Shown here: positions 8,430 to 17,734 of the stretch, in pieces | Layout: each line of letters starts with the position of its first letter | Numbering within the stretch: the first letter of the stretch is position 1 | Source: Candidatus Micrarchaeota archaeon | Lineage (GTDB): Archaea; B1Sed10-29 | NCBI GenBank assembly: GCA_964579265.1 | Contig: CAZOFO010000001.1 | Span: forward strand, 15,367 to 79,366 | DNA: 64,000 nucleotides | Direction: 5' to 3' | The notes under the pieces: model-generated | Told to the model about the DNA's origin: nothing | What the model saw: only the letters and a program-made list of their open reading frames with translations | Databases searched by the model: none | Made by a program: the position numbers and the translations under genes

Positions 8430-11153
8430 ATGGTCACCGTATTAGGAGCAGAACTCAGTTTATTCTGGATAACGATTAACATTATAGCAGTACTCGGAGC
8501 TATAAGCTACGGGTACCTGATACTCAGATTCACCTTCCCAGATATAAGAATGCTCCCTAATGAAAAGAAATTCGGGTTTGCAGCTACTCTAGGCCTTATA
8601 ATGGTTATACCATCACTAATAATATCACTGGCTATATTCAAATCCAGCATATACTCCTTCCCTATACTAGGAGCATCAGCAGCAGTATTTTCAGTAGTGC
8701 TAAACCTTTGGGCAAAATCCAGCGAATCAAAATCTAAAATCGCTATGCCAACTAAAAAAGCTCCTAAAAAGAAAAAAGAACCGGAACCTAAAACCACTAA
8801 AAAACCTGAAGATAAGGAAGATATTAGTAAAAAAGTATTAGAAAGAATTGAAAAGAAAGAAAAGAAGAAAGAGGAAGCAAAGAAGGAAGAAAAGGAAGAA
8901 AAACCAGATATAGAGAAGCCAGAAGAAGAGAAAGAAAAAGCAGAGGAATTGGAGGAAGAAGTTGAAGGAGAAAAGGAAGAGAAGGAAAAAACAGGGAAAG
9001 GAATAGTTGGAAAAATAAAAGGGTTCTTTGAAGAAAAAGAAATTTCAGAAGAAGAAACTGAACCAGAAAAGAAATCATTAGAGGAAAAACCATTAGAAGA
9101 AAAACCTGAAGAAGAGGAATTAAAAACTGAAGAAGAAATAGAGGAACCTGAAGAAATAACAGAGGAAGTAGAAGAACCGGAGAAAAAATCAGAAGGTATA
9201 TCTAATAAAGTAAAAGGGTTATTCAAAGGAGAAGAAGAACCTGAGAAGGATTTAGAAGAAGAGGAAACTAAGAAGGAAAAAAAGACATCTGAAAAACCTG
9301 AGATAGAGAAAGAAGAGGAGACAGAAGAATCAGAGATAGAGAAGCCACAGGAAGAGAAAGAAAAGATAGAGGAACTAGAAGGAGAAGTTGAAGAGGAAAA
9401 GGAAGAGAAGGAAAAAACAGGGAAAGGAATAGTTGGAAAAATAAAAGGGTTCTTTGAAGAAAAAGAAATTTCTGAGGAAGAACCTGGATCAAAAGAGAAA
9501 TCGTTAGAGGAAGAACCATTTAAAGAAAAATCATTGGAGGAAAAACCTTCTAAAGAAATAGAAGAAAAGAAAAAACCTGAAAAAAGAGAGAAAAAAATAA
9601 AACCAGAAGAAGAACCTGAAGTGACTGAGAAAGAAGAAGAGATGGAAGAACCAGAAATAGAGAAGTCAGAGGAAGTAGAGAAACTGGAGGAAGAGCCTGA
9701 AGAAAAGGTAAAAGAATTGGAAGAAAAACCTGAAGATGAAGAATCTCTAACAAAGAGGTTAATGGAAAAAGAACCTGGGGAGAAACCATCTGAAGAAAAA
9801 GATAAAGAGGAGAAACTTGGTTTCAAAGGAAAACTATCTAGACCTAAAAAAACAGAGCCTGAAAAAGAAGAAAAAGAAAAACCTGTACCAAAAGAAGAAC
9901 AGAAAGAAACGGAAAAAGAGAAAAAAGAACCAGAAGAAAAAGAAATGAAAAAAGGACCAAAAAGAAAACTTAAATACTTGATAACAAAACTAAAAGAAAA
10001 AGGAATGTCAGAAAAGCAGATAGAATCAGAAATACTTAAACAAACAGAAAAACTAGAATTAGAAAAAGAAAAAATAAAGGATATAATAGGAAAAGAGATG
10101 GGAGAGATAGAGGAAGAACCTGAGAAGGATTTAGAAGAAGAGGAAACTAAGAAGGAAAAAAAGACATCTGAAAAACCTGAGATAGAGAAAGAAGAGGAGA
10201 CAGAAGAATCAGAGATAGAGAAGCCACAGGAAGAGAAAGAAAAGATAGAGGAACTAGAAGAAGAAGAACCTGAAGAACCGGAGATGACTGAAGAAGAAGA
10301 AATAGAAAGAATAACAGAAGAAATCGAAATACCAGAAGAAGAACCTGAAAAGGAATTGAAAGAAGAAGAAACTGAACCAGAAGAAGAAATAGAGATGGAG
10401 GAACCAGAGAAGGAGAAAGAACCTAGATATAAACGTAGAATGACTAGAATAAAAGAAGAATCTGAAGAAGTTCCCGAAGAATCGAAAGAAGAAGGGGAAG
10501 AACCTGAAGAAGAACCTGAAGAAGAATCTGAAGAAGAACCTGAGATAAAGCCTGAAGAAGAGGAAAAAAGAAAGAAAGAGTTGATAGAAAGAAGAAAAAG
10601 AGAAAAATCAGAGGGAAGAAAACCAAGAAGCAGATACTTAAAATATAAAAGTAGAAGAAAGAAAACTGAAAGCAAAGATGAAAGAGAAAGGACTCCAAGA
10701 TATAAGAGAAGAAGAAAACCTGAAGAAGAAGGAGAAGAATCTTTAGAAGTTGAATCTGAAGAAACAGTTGAAAGCACTCTAAGTGAAGATATAGGAGGAG
10801 GTGAAGGAGAAGCACTTCCTTCTTTAGAAATGGATGAACTAGAAGGAAGCACGGATGAAGACTCTGAGATAGAATCAATTTTAGGAGGAGGATCAGAAGA
10901 AGGTACTTCCGATGAATTAGAAGAACTTGCAGGTGTAAGTACGGAGAAAGAAATAGAAACAGAAGAAGAAGAGGAAAAAGGTAAAAAATGTCCTAATTGC
11001 GGATCAACTAACAGCACAGTCATATATTGTCCTAACTGCGGAGAAGGATCCTGTACAAACTGTGCAGAAAAGATAAAATCTCAAAAAGGATTCATAATCT
11101 ATGAATGCCCACAGTGTAACAAACAAATTATCGTACAAAAAAACGAGGATTAA
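8430..11153 (+). CDS. Membrane-anchored Glu/Lys-rich low-complexity protein with C-terminal Zn-ribbon motifs
   Basis: Three N-terminal TM helices, a ~750 aa E/K/P-rich region, then four CxxC pairs (CPNC, CPNC, CTNC, CPQC). Confidence 0.8.
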   Translation: MVTVLGAELSLFWITINIIAVLGAISYGYLILRFTFPDIRMLPNEKKFGFAATLGLIMVIPSLIISLAIFKSSIYSFPILGASAAVFSVVLNLWAKSSESKSKIAMPTKKAPKKKKEPEPKTTKKPEDKEDISKKVLERIEKKEKKKEEAKKEEKEEKPDIEKPEEEKEKAEELEEEVEGEKEEKEKTGKGIVGKIKGFFEEKEISEEETEPEKKSLEEKPLEEKPEEEELKTEEEIEEPEEITEEVEEPEKKSEGISNKVKGLFKGEEEPEKDLEEEETKKEKKTSEKPEIEKEEETEESEIEKPQEEKEKIEELEGEVEEEKEEKEKTGKGIVGKIKGFFEEKEISEEEPGSKEKSLEEEPFKEKSLEEKPSKEIEEKKKPEKREKKIKPEEEPEVTEKEEEMEEPEIEKSEEVEKLEEEPEEKVKELEEKPEDEESLTKRLMEKEPGEKPSEEKDKEEKLGFKGKLSRPKKTEPEKEEKEKPVPKEEQKETEKEKKEPEEKEMKKGPKRKLKYLITKLKEKGMSEKQIESEILKQTEKLELEKEKIKDIIGKEMGEIEEEPEKDLEEEETKKEKKTSEKPEIEKEEETEESEIEKPQEEKEKIEELEEEEPEEPEMTEEEEIERITEEIEIPEEEPEKELKEEETEPEEEIEMEEPEKEKEPRYKRRMTRIKEESEEVPEESKEEGEEPEEEPEEESEEEPEIKPEEEEKRKKELIERRKREKSEGRKPRSRYLKYKSRRKKTESKDERERTPRYKRRRKPEEEGEESLEVESEETVESTLSEDIGGGEGEALPSLEMDELEGSTDEDSEIESILGGGSEEGTSDELEELAGVSTEKEIETEEEEEKGKKCPNCGSTNSTVIYCPNCGEGSCTNCAEKIKSQKGFIIYECPQCNKQIIVQKNED
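9234..9381 (+). repeat. 148 bp intragenic direct repeat, copy 1 (copy 2 at 10113-10260)
   Basis: Identical by eye to 10113-10260; encodes EEPEKDLEEEETKKEKKTSEKPEIEKEEETEESEIEKPQEEKEKIEELE. Confidence 0.85.
10113..10260 (+). repeat. 148 bp intragenic direct repeat, copy 2
   Basis: Identical by eye to 9234-9381. Confidence 0.85.
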
Positions 11154-11154
11154 T

Positions 11155-11706
11155 CTATTCCTTATTCGCCTTCTTTGTCACATAAGGAAAAGCAAATTTA
11201 TCTCCAGATATATGTAAAGGAGGTCTGACTATATCTACTTTTAGATTTCCATCATCATCGACTTTTTCTTCATCAACATGTATCTTTCTTACTTCTCCTA
11301 TTATCTGAACGTGATCTCCTGTCTTTTTCGCTTCTTTAACTATACACTCTATATTAACTGGACAATCCGATAGTAAAGGAGGACCTACTAGATCACTTTC
11401 TTCAGTTTTCATTCCTGCTTTCTCTATCTTCGAGGTTTCTTCATCCCAGTCTCCTCCTGCGGTCCATACTTCTTCGAGCATTTCTTCAGTAGGGATGTTT
11501 ACTACAAATTCTTCTTTTTGAACTATGCTCCAATAACTGTGTTTTTTTGTTCCAACCGAGATCATCAGTAATGGAGGTTCAAATGATATTGGTCCATTGA
11601 AAGAGAAAGGTGAAACATCTGCTCTTCCTCTTTTACTCATTGTTGTAACTAGTAGTACTGGCCTTGGAGCGAGTAATTTATGAAAGTTTCGATTTTCTAT
11701 CTCCAT
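11155..11706 (-). CDS. Flavin reductase-like (FMN-binding split barrel) protein
   Basis: PRPVLLVTT, SFEPPLLMISVG, EFVVNIP and GDHVQIIGEV motifs. Confidence 0.85.
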   Translation of the reverse strand: MEIENRNFHKLLAPRPVLLVTTMSKRGRADVSPFSFNGPISFEPPLLMISVGTKKHSYWSIVQKEEFVVNIPTEEMLEEVWTAGGDWDEETSKIEKAGMKTEESDLVGPPLLSDCPVNIECIVKEAKKTGDHVQIIGEVRKIHVDEEKVDDDGNLKVDIVRPPLHISGDKFAFPYVTKKANKE

Positions 11707-11769
11707 CCTTAATACCTAGTTTGTTTTTTAACAATTGGATTATTTAACTTTTCCGTAAATAATCTTCGA

Positions 11770-12138
11770 TTACCCAAATAGGAAATGTGTTTCTATCTCT
11801 GTTTCTACTCCTCTATCTTCTATCATTACATCTTTAACTTTGCTTTCTTCAAGATATTCTAATTGTACTCTTATTGTTAGAGCTTCTTTTTCATCGAAGA
11901 GACCTCCCATCCTGTTGTAAAATCTCTTTGTAGATTTTACTTCTGCAAGTATTCCCTCTGTCCCTGACTTAATGTCTTTTTTACCTACTGAAGTAACAAA
12001 TATTTCTTCTCCTTTTTTCAGATTTTCTGCTGTGGTTACATTGTCAGGAGTCACTAATTCCATTGTTTTAACTTCATTTTCTTTTAGTTCTTTCATTTTT
12101 TCTTCAAGTATGCCTAATAAAGTCTTCATTTTAACCAC
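11770..12138 (-). CDS. DUF473-like archaeal protein
   Basis: KTMELVTPDN...GEEIFVTS...GTEGILAEV resembles DUF473; adjacent to a PAC2-family gene. Confidence 0.6.
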   Translation of the reverse strand: MVKMKTLLGILEEKMKELKENEVKTMELVTPDNVTTAENLKKGEEIFVTSVGKKDIKSGTEGILAEVKSTKRFYNRMGGLFDEKEALTIRVQLEYLEESKVKDVMIEDRGVETEIETHFLFG

Positions 12139-12160
12139 CTCTTGATTTGTAAGCTTTTAT

Positions 12161-12904
12161 TTATCTATACATGGAGGATACTGGCTCTTCTTCGGATTCT
12201 TTATATTTCTTTTTAGCTTTTTTAACTCTGTTCACTAATTTTTTCATTTTGTTTTCTATATCCTGAGCCTTTTCCCTAAGTTCTTCTGTTTCTATTTCTG
12301 TTCCGAATTTTTCATTTATTTTCTCTACTATATCTGCTGCTGCTTCTGGATCTGGAAGATTCCTTCTTGATTCTGCTAATAGGCTCATTGCTGGATATTC
12401 TTTCTCAGCTGCTTTTGCCAACATTATTCCTGATACACCCATGGCTACTCCTTCTTTTATCGGTTCTGCTTCTAGTTCTTCCAGTTCTTTTCTGGTTTCT
12501 TCTGTTGAAGCTATCCCATAGAGATCTTCTTCTCCTTTTCCTGTTGTTCTTCTCATTCCTCCGACTGATATTATTTTTTTTATTCCTTCTTCTTCTGCGA
12601 ATTCCAGTATTTTATCGGATAGTTTCTGCGTTATTTCTCCTGGAACTATTAATTCTCCTATTAATACGCATATGTCTTTTTCAGGATGTTTGTATATTCT
12701 TACGGGTAAATTTGGTTTTCCTTCGTGGATAAGTGCTACTGGTGGAAATTTATCGGATGATATCTGTCCTACTTGTTCCATTTCTTCTTTTTCCACTATG
12801 TAGTTTGCTGATATAGTTCCTACTAGTCCCATTCCTCCTGAAAATCCTTCTATCATTGTTGTGTCTTCTAGATCAGTATCTTCATTGATTTTTATTTTGA
12901 TCAT
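12161..12904 (-). CDS. Proteasome assembly chaperone (PAC2 / PbaA-B family)
   Basis: IEGFSGGMGLVGTISANYIV, PVRIY and PDPEAAA motifs; C-terminal MYR tail (HbYX type). Confidence 0.85.
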   Translation of the reverse strand: MIKIKINEDTDLEDTTMIEGFSGGMGLVGTISANYIVEKEEMEQVGQISSDKFPPVALIHEGKPNLPVRIYKHPEKDICVLIGELIVPGEITQKLSDKILEFAEEEGIKKIISVGGMRRTTGKGEEDLYGIASTEETRKELEELEAEPIKEGVAMGVSGIMLAKAAEKEYPAMSLLAESRRNLPDPEAAADIVEKINEKFGTEIETEELREKAQDIENKMKKLVNRVKKAKKKYKESEEEPVSSMYR

Positions 12905-12958
12905 GATTACACCTTTTTTTGCTTTTACTTTTCGGTATATACGAATAGATATAGATAT

Positions 12959-13615
12959 TTAAGTCTTTTGTTCTTTCCCTTTATTCTCTTCTTTTTTACA
13001 GTGTTTAACCATTTCTTTAGCTTTATCCTCTTTAAATCCTTCTTTTTCTATTAATTCTTTTATTATTTCCTCTTCTTTTTTATCTCTTAGTTTTCTCTTT
13101 ATTTTTTCTCTTAATCTTCTTTTTACATCGTTAAATATTTTCTTTGATTTTTCTTTTGGAATTCCTAGTAACCATATCCTCCTGATGAGTTTTTCTTTTT
13201 CTTGAGAATAGGTTTTAATGATATTTTTAGCTATTTCTTCAGCTTCTTTCTTTTGTTGTTTTTCCAAAAATGGGTATTTATTTATTAGTTCTTTTATTTG
13301 TTCTCTTAGTATGTTTTGTTTTATGATTATTCCTGCTTGGCTTTCTTTGAATCCTTCCATTCCCTTTGCTTTTTGAAATAACCTGTAATTATATTCTTTT
13401 TCTATACTTAGTTTTTTTATTTTTCTCAGTTTGTCTTCAAATGTTTTTTTAGCATAAAACCTTTTTGTAAGGATCCATGCGATTATTGAGGACACTATGG
13501 AGATTATAAGGACAGATATCAATAATATGATGAGTTGGTTGGTGTCTTGAGTGTTTGATTGCAGGATATTTAGAGGGATTGTATTTTCTAAATGGAAAAA
13601 TATTTTTCCTATCAT
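12959..13615 (-). CDS. Single-pass membrane protein with basic helical domain
   Basis: One TM helix, then a K/E-rich helical region; start overlaps the upstream stop. Confidence 0.65.
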   Translation of the reverse strand: MIGKIFFHLENTIPLNILQSNTQDTNQLIILLISVLIISIVSSIIAWILTKRFYAKKTFEDKLRKIKKLSIEKEYNYRLFQKAKGMEGFKESQAGIIIKQNILREQIKELINKYPFLEKQQKKEAEEIAKNIIKTYSQEKEKLIRRIWLLGIPKEKSKKIFNDVKRRLREKIKRKLRDKKEEEIIKELIEKEGFKEDKAKEMVKHCKKEENKGKEQKT

Positions 13616-14007
13616 ATTTTTGTTTCTTCCTCAATTTTCTCTGATGATTTGATGAGGTATCGGTAAGGTATTAATACGAATATGAGTATACAGTAGCTTA
13701 TTATATACATTAATATTGATCTAGGCGCCTCTAAGATTATTATTAAGGATGAGGCGGTAGCGGATATTATATAGGTTATAATCATTAAGAAGTAGAACTT
13801 TATCTCTCCTATTATTCCTTTTTTAGGTATTATATTTTCTTTTGAAATCATCTTGTAATATATAAGTGATGCTAGAAAGAAAGCTATGTATATATTGGCA
13901 AATCTTAGCACTTCTCTTTCTAGACTGATTATTGAAATGATTAGCATTACTGTTATTATAAGGACTGAGATCAATATCTGTTCTGAATGTATTTTATTTT
14001 CTTTCAT
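13612..14007 (-). CDS. Small four-TM membrane protein
   Basis: Four hydrophobic segments in 131 aa. Confidence 0.65.
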   Translation of the reverse strand: MKENKIHSEQILISVLIITVMLIISIISLEREVLRFANIYIAFFLASLIYYKMISKENIIPKKGIIGEIKFYFLMIITYIISATASSLIIILEAPRSILMYIISYCILIFVLIPYRYLIKSSEKIEEETKI

Positions 14008-14120
14008 CTTTATCTTCTTCTTATTTATATTAAACTAATTGTTTCTTTTACTTCTTTCTATTGTATATAGAATTTTTTATTTTTTATAGATTGTTATTAT
14101 CAGCTATAAACTTATTCTTT

Positions 14121-14837
14121 CTATAGCATGTTTAACAGGTTTGTTTTTCTTGCTATGTTAAAGATCGCTAGGGATAGAGGTAGTAAAATACATATATAGG
14201 TTATTGTTTTTTCCATTTCTTTTTCTTGGTATGATACGAACATTGAAGCTATTATGGAGTATATAGCTATATAGAATTGATTTCCTTTTATCGCGTTGTT
14301 CTTTATCTGTTCTCTTACTTGTTCTTCGGTTCCTATCCCTAGCTGTGTAATGGAGCCTATTTCCAATGAGGATATGACTGAGGTTAGTGTTCCGAGTACT
14401 AGTGGAACTATTACTCCTCCTGCAAGGAGAAGTGTGTATTTTTCTACTGTTGTGGATAGTTTTCTTTTTCTTTTTATCTCGTGTAGTTTTTTTGCTTCTT
14501 CTGCTGTTTCTTCCAGTGATTTTGATAGGTCTGATCCTGATTCGTGTCCATTTATCAGTATCTGTGTGGTTCTTTTTACTAAGTTTGAGTTATTTCTTTT
14601 CTTCATGTTTTCTAGTGCTTTTTTTACTGTTTCTCCTGTCTCTATTTCTTTATAGGTTTTTTTAAATTCTTTTGATAGTTCTCCATGTCCTTTAGATATT
14701 TCTTTTAGAACTTTTTCCGTGTTTTTGTATGATGCTATCGAGGAAGCGTGGTATAGGCATGGTGCTAGTTCTTTTTCTATTTTTCTTTTTCTCTTTTTAT
14801 TCTTGATTTTCTTAATTATGTTTTCTATAGGGTTCAT
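14121..14837 (-). CDS. Type II secretion system F / TadC-like pilus platform protein
   Basis: GELSKEF...IETGETVKKALENM...GSDLSKSLE T2SSF pattern plus C-terminal TMs; downstream of a pilus ATPase. Confidence 0.8.
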   Translation of the reverse strand: MNPIENIIKKIKNKKRKRKIEKELAPCLYHASSIASYKNTEKVLKEISKGHGELSKEFKKTYKEIETGETVKKALENMKKRNNSNLVKRTTQILINGHESGSDLSKSLEETAEEAKKLHEIKRKRKLSTTVEKYTLLLAGGVIVPLVLGTLTSVISSLEIGSITQLGIGTEEQVREQIKNNAIKGNQFYIAIYSIIASMFVSYQEKEMEKTITYICILLPLSLAIFNIARKTNLLNML

Positions 14838-14856
14838 TTTTGTATCTATCTTGTTT

Positions 14857-15681
14857 TTATGGTTTTTTACTCGCTATGTAGATGAACATAGTTATGTTTA
14901 CTACTGGGAAACCTATTGAGGGTATTATAAATGCTTGTATGGGTGTTATACCTAGTTCTAAAAAGCTTGATCCTACTATTATTAATGCTTGGAACATTGC
15001 TGGTATTATTGCTGATGTGGCTATGAATATTAGGGAATAGAAAAGTAGTTTTTGGTTGTATTCTTCCATTTTGTCTTTTATTTTTGATTCTTGTTCGTTT
15101 GATAGTTTTTTTAATGCTTCACTGCTTTTCTCCGGGTCTCCTGAATATGCTGAGATTAGTTGTTTTGTTGCCCTTTTCACGAATTTGGACTGGTTTTCTC
15201 CACTCATTTTACTCAGTGCTTCTGGGTAACTCATTCCTTTTTCCACGTTTCTCTTTACTTTTCTTAGTTCTTTTCCTGCTTCTGTTTTAGCTTTTGAGGC
15301 GTGTTCCATTGTCATGGAAAAGGGTATTCCTATCTTCAGTTCTGTTGCTATGGTTCTCAGGGATCTTGTTAGTGATTTTTTTAGTCTGTATTCTCTTTTC
15401 TCTTTTATTTTGTTTGGTATTTTTATCATGAGGTAGTATAGTATAGAGAAGATTATGAATCCGTATCCTATTGCTCTTGTTGATTTTATTGGGATTAGTA
15501 TTCCGCTTAGTATCAAAGTTATTGATAGTGTTGCTGTTATCGATATTAGAATATAGTTTTTTGGATGTATATTCGTTTTTTTAAGGTCTTTTTTTATTTT
15601 CTTTTTTCTTTTCTTTGGGATTAATTTTTCAAGTTGTTTGAATCTTTTTTCAAGGAATTTATTTTTTTTGTTCAGATCCAT
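14857..15681 (-). CDS. Type II secretion system F / TadB-like pilus platform protein
   Basis: LRTIATELKIGIPF...VEKGMSYPEAL pattern with flanking TM helices. Confidence 0.8.
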   Translation of the reverse strand: MDLNKKNKFLEKRFKQLEKLIPKKRKKKIKKDLKKTNIHPKNYILISITATLSITLILSGILIPIKSTRAIGYGFIIFSILYYLMIKIPNKIKEKREYRLKKSLTRSLRTIATELKIGIPFSMTMEHASKAKTEAGKELRKVKRNVEKGMSYPEALSKMSGENQSKFVKRATKQLISAYSGDPEKSSEALKKLSNEQESKIKDKMEEYNQKLLFYSLIFIATSAIIPAMFQALIIVGSSFLELGITPIQAFIIPSIGFPVVNITMFIYIASKKP

Positions 15682-17341
15682 TTTTTGTTCCGTTTATTTG
15701 TTTTATTATTTCGCTTTGATCCTTTTGATAGCTTAATTCAAGCTTCTTCATCAGTTTAGAATCTTTTAAGTTCTTTCTTATTATTCCTTTATTTTTTTCG
15801 TATATTTTTAAAGGTTTTTTTGTTTTTTTATCCATTACTGCTGCTTCTATTATTTCTCTTTTTTCTTTATTATCTTCTTCCTCTTGGTATTCTATCCATC
15901 TTCTTTGAATAAGAATTAAATCTATTGTTACTAGATCGTTTTTATGTATTCCAAGGCTTTCTAATCTTGTGATGGTTTCTTCGGCTGAATTACCGTGGAA
16001 TGTTGCCATTGAACCTTTTCCTTGTCCTGCTAGCATTGTATCCATTAGCGCTTCTGCTTCTTTTTTGTCTCTTACTTCTCCTACTATTATTCTGTCTGGT
16101 CTCATCCTTAACGTATCAGCTACTAGTTCGTGCATTTGTATTTTGAGGTTTGTCGAGGTGGTTAGTCTTATCACGTGGTCTTGCGGGGGGCTTATTTCAG
16201 GGGTTTCTTCTACTATTACTATTCTTTCATTTCTTGGTAGGAAGTGTAGAATAGTGTTTAGGGTCGTGGTTTTTCCGCTTCCTGTGTTCCCTGCTATTAG
16301 GATGTTTGTATCGCATTTTATTGTTTTTTTAATCAGGTTCATTATTTTTCTTGGTATTGTGGAGTTTTGAACCAGGTCTTCTGGTTTGAATTGGTTTGCA
16401 GTGAATTTTCTTATTGTCATGCAGTTTCCTGTTGTAGCTAGTGGTTTTATTGCTCCGTGTATTCTTCCTTTATCTATGTTAGCGTTTAGTCTTGGTTCTT
16501 TGAAGGTTATTCTTCTATTCAGTTTTCTTGCGGATTTGTTTATGAGGTTTTTGATTTTTTCTGAGTTTGTTATTTTTAGATTAGTTTTTTTCCATCCTTC
16601 TTCTCTATGGTACACGTATACTGGTTTTTCAGGTGCTATTATAGATATTTCTTCTAGTTCTGTGTCTTTAAGTAGTTTTTCCAGTATTGATAGTCCGTTT
16701 ATTTCTCTGTTTATGTGTTTACTGAGTTTTTTTACGTGTTCTTCAGTTATTTTCAGATTCATTTCTAAGCATTCTTTTTCTACTTCTGCTTCTATCTCTT
16801 CTTTTTCCGTTGAGCTGTCTTTTTCTCTTATTCTTTCCAGTATTTTGTCTATGACTCTTGCTTCTTGTATGCTGTAGTTCTCTTCTTTTACTTTATAGGT
16901 TCCTTTTTTTGTTTTGTCTATTCTATAGCCTATTTTTTCTTTCAGTTTTTTCTTTTCTTTTTCCGTATGAGTTATTTCTAGGGCGTTGTAGGGGCATGCT
17001 TCAATGCATTTGTATTCTTGTTGGTCAGCGCATAGATCACATTTGTAGGGTTTTTCTTTTCCTTCTATTATTGCTCCATTTGTTTTTTCCACGCAGAATT
17101 TGCAATTACTGCATTTTTCTGGTTTTATAGTTTTTGTATTCTGTTCTTTTATCTTTTTGAATGCGTTTTCTGGACACTGGTTTTTGATTCTTTCTTTTAT
17201 GTTGGATGATTCAAAGAAATCCAGTAGTCTTTCTTTACTGTGTTTCCTAAGTTCTTCTGTTTTGTTTGGTAGTTTTGGACATGCTTCAAAACATAGTAGG
17301 CATTCTCCAATACATTTTTCTCTATCTGTTTCTACTTTCAT
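15659..17341 (-). CDS. TadA/VirB11-family secretion ATPase with N-terminal 4Fe-4S ferredoxin-like domain
   Basis: Walker A AGNTGSGKTT, Asp box VEETPE, LRMRPDRIIVGEVR, ATFH; N-terminal Cys motifs CIGECLLCFEACP, CPENA, CSNCKFC, CDLC-x7-CIEACP. Confidence 0.88.
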   Translation of the reverse strand: MKVETDREKCIGECLLCFEACPKLPNKTEELRKHSKERLLDFFESSNIKERIKNQCPENAFKKIKEQNTKTIKPEKCSNCKFCVEKTNGAIIEGKEKPYKCDLCADQQEYKCIEACPYNALEITHTEKEKKKLKEKIGYRIDKTKKGTYKVKEENYSIQEARVIDKILERIREKDSSTEKEEIEAEVEKECLEMNLKITEEHVKKLSKHINREINGLSILEKLLKDTELEEISIIAPEKPVYVYHREEGWKKTNLKITNSEKIKNLINKSARKLNRRITFKEPRLNANIDKGRIHGAIKPLATTGNCMTIRKFTANQFKPEDLVQNSTIPRKIMNLIKKTIKCDTNILIAGNTGSGKTTTLNTILHFLPRNERIVIVEETPEISPPQDHVIRLTTSTNLKIQMHELVADTLRMRPDRIIVGEVRDKKEAEALMDTMLAGQGKGSMATFHGNSAEETITRLESLGIHKNDLVTIDLILIQRRWIEYQEEEDNKEKREIIEAAVMDKKTKKPLKIYEKNKGIIRKNLKDSKLMKKLELSYQKDQSEIIKQINGTKNGSEQKK

Positions 17342-17392
17342 TGACTAGTTACTTTCTTTTCTTTTTAATTATCTTTTTTCCAATTTTTTGAG

Positions 17393-17734
17393 TTAGAAAG
17401 AGTTAATGTCTATTTTCTTGCCTTTTTCTAGTTTTTCTTTTTCTGCTTTTCCTGGTGGAAGTTCTAGTATGTATCTGCTGGGTTTTTCTGGTTCTAAGTA
17501 AGCTTTGAAAGGTTTTATTTCTTTTTTTATATCTACTATTTCCATTTCTTCGTTTATGAAAACTGCGTCGAATTTAGAGAATACGAAGAATGAGTGTATT
17601 GCGGCTCCTTTCTCCTTTTCTTTACCTAGATCAAATAATAGGCCTTTGTTTATATTTTTTTTGAACATCAGTCCTCTTATTCTTTTCAGGAATGAGTCCG
17701 CTTCTTCTATTTCTGTTTCTATTTTTGTTTTCAT
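17393..17734 (-). CDS. DUF192 (UPF0127) family protein
   Basis: ADSFLKRIRGLMF, IHSFFV...DAVFI and YILELPPG motifs. Confidence 0.85.
   Translation of the reverse strand: MKTKIETEIEEADSFLKRIRGLMFKKNINKGLLFDLGKEKEKGAAIHSFFVFSKFDAVFINEEMEIVDIKKEIKPFKAYLEPEKPSRYILELPPGKAEKEKLEKGKKIDINSF

Noticed and set aside
8507..11023. 838-aa Ser/Phe-rich antisense ORF
   Set aside because: It is the mirror of the GAA/AAA-rich sense gene, whose reverse complement lacks stops; no independent coding signal.
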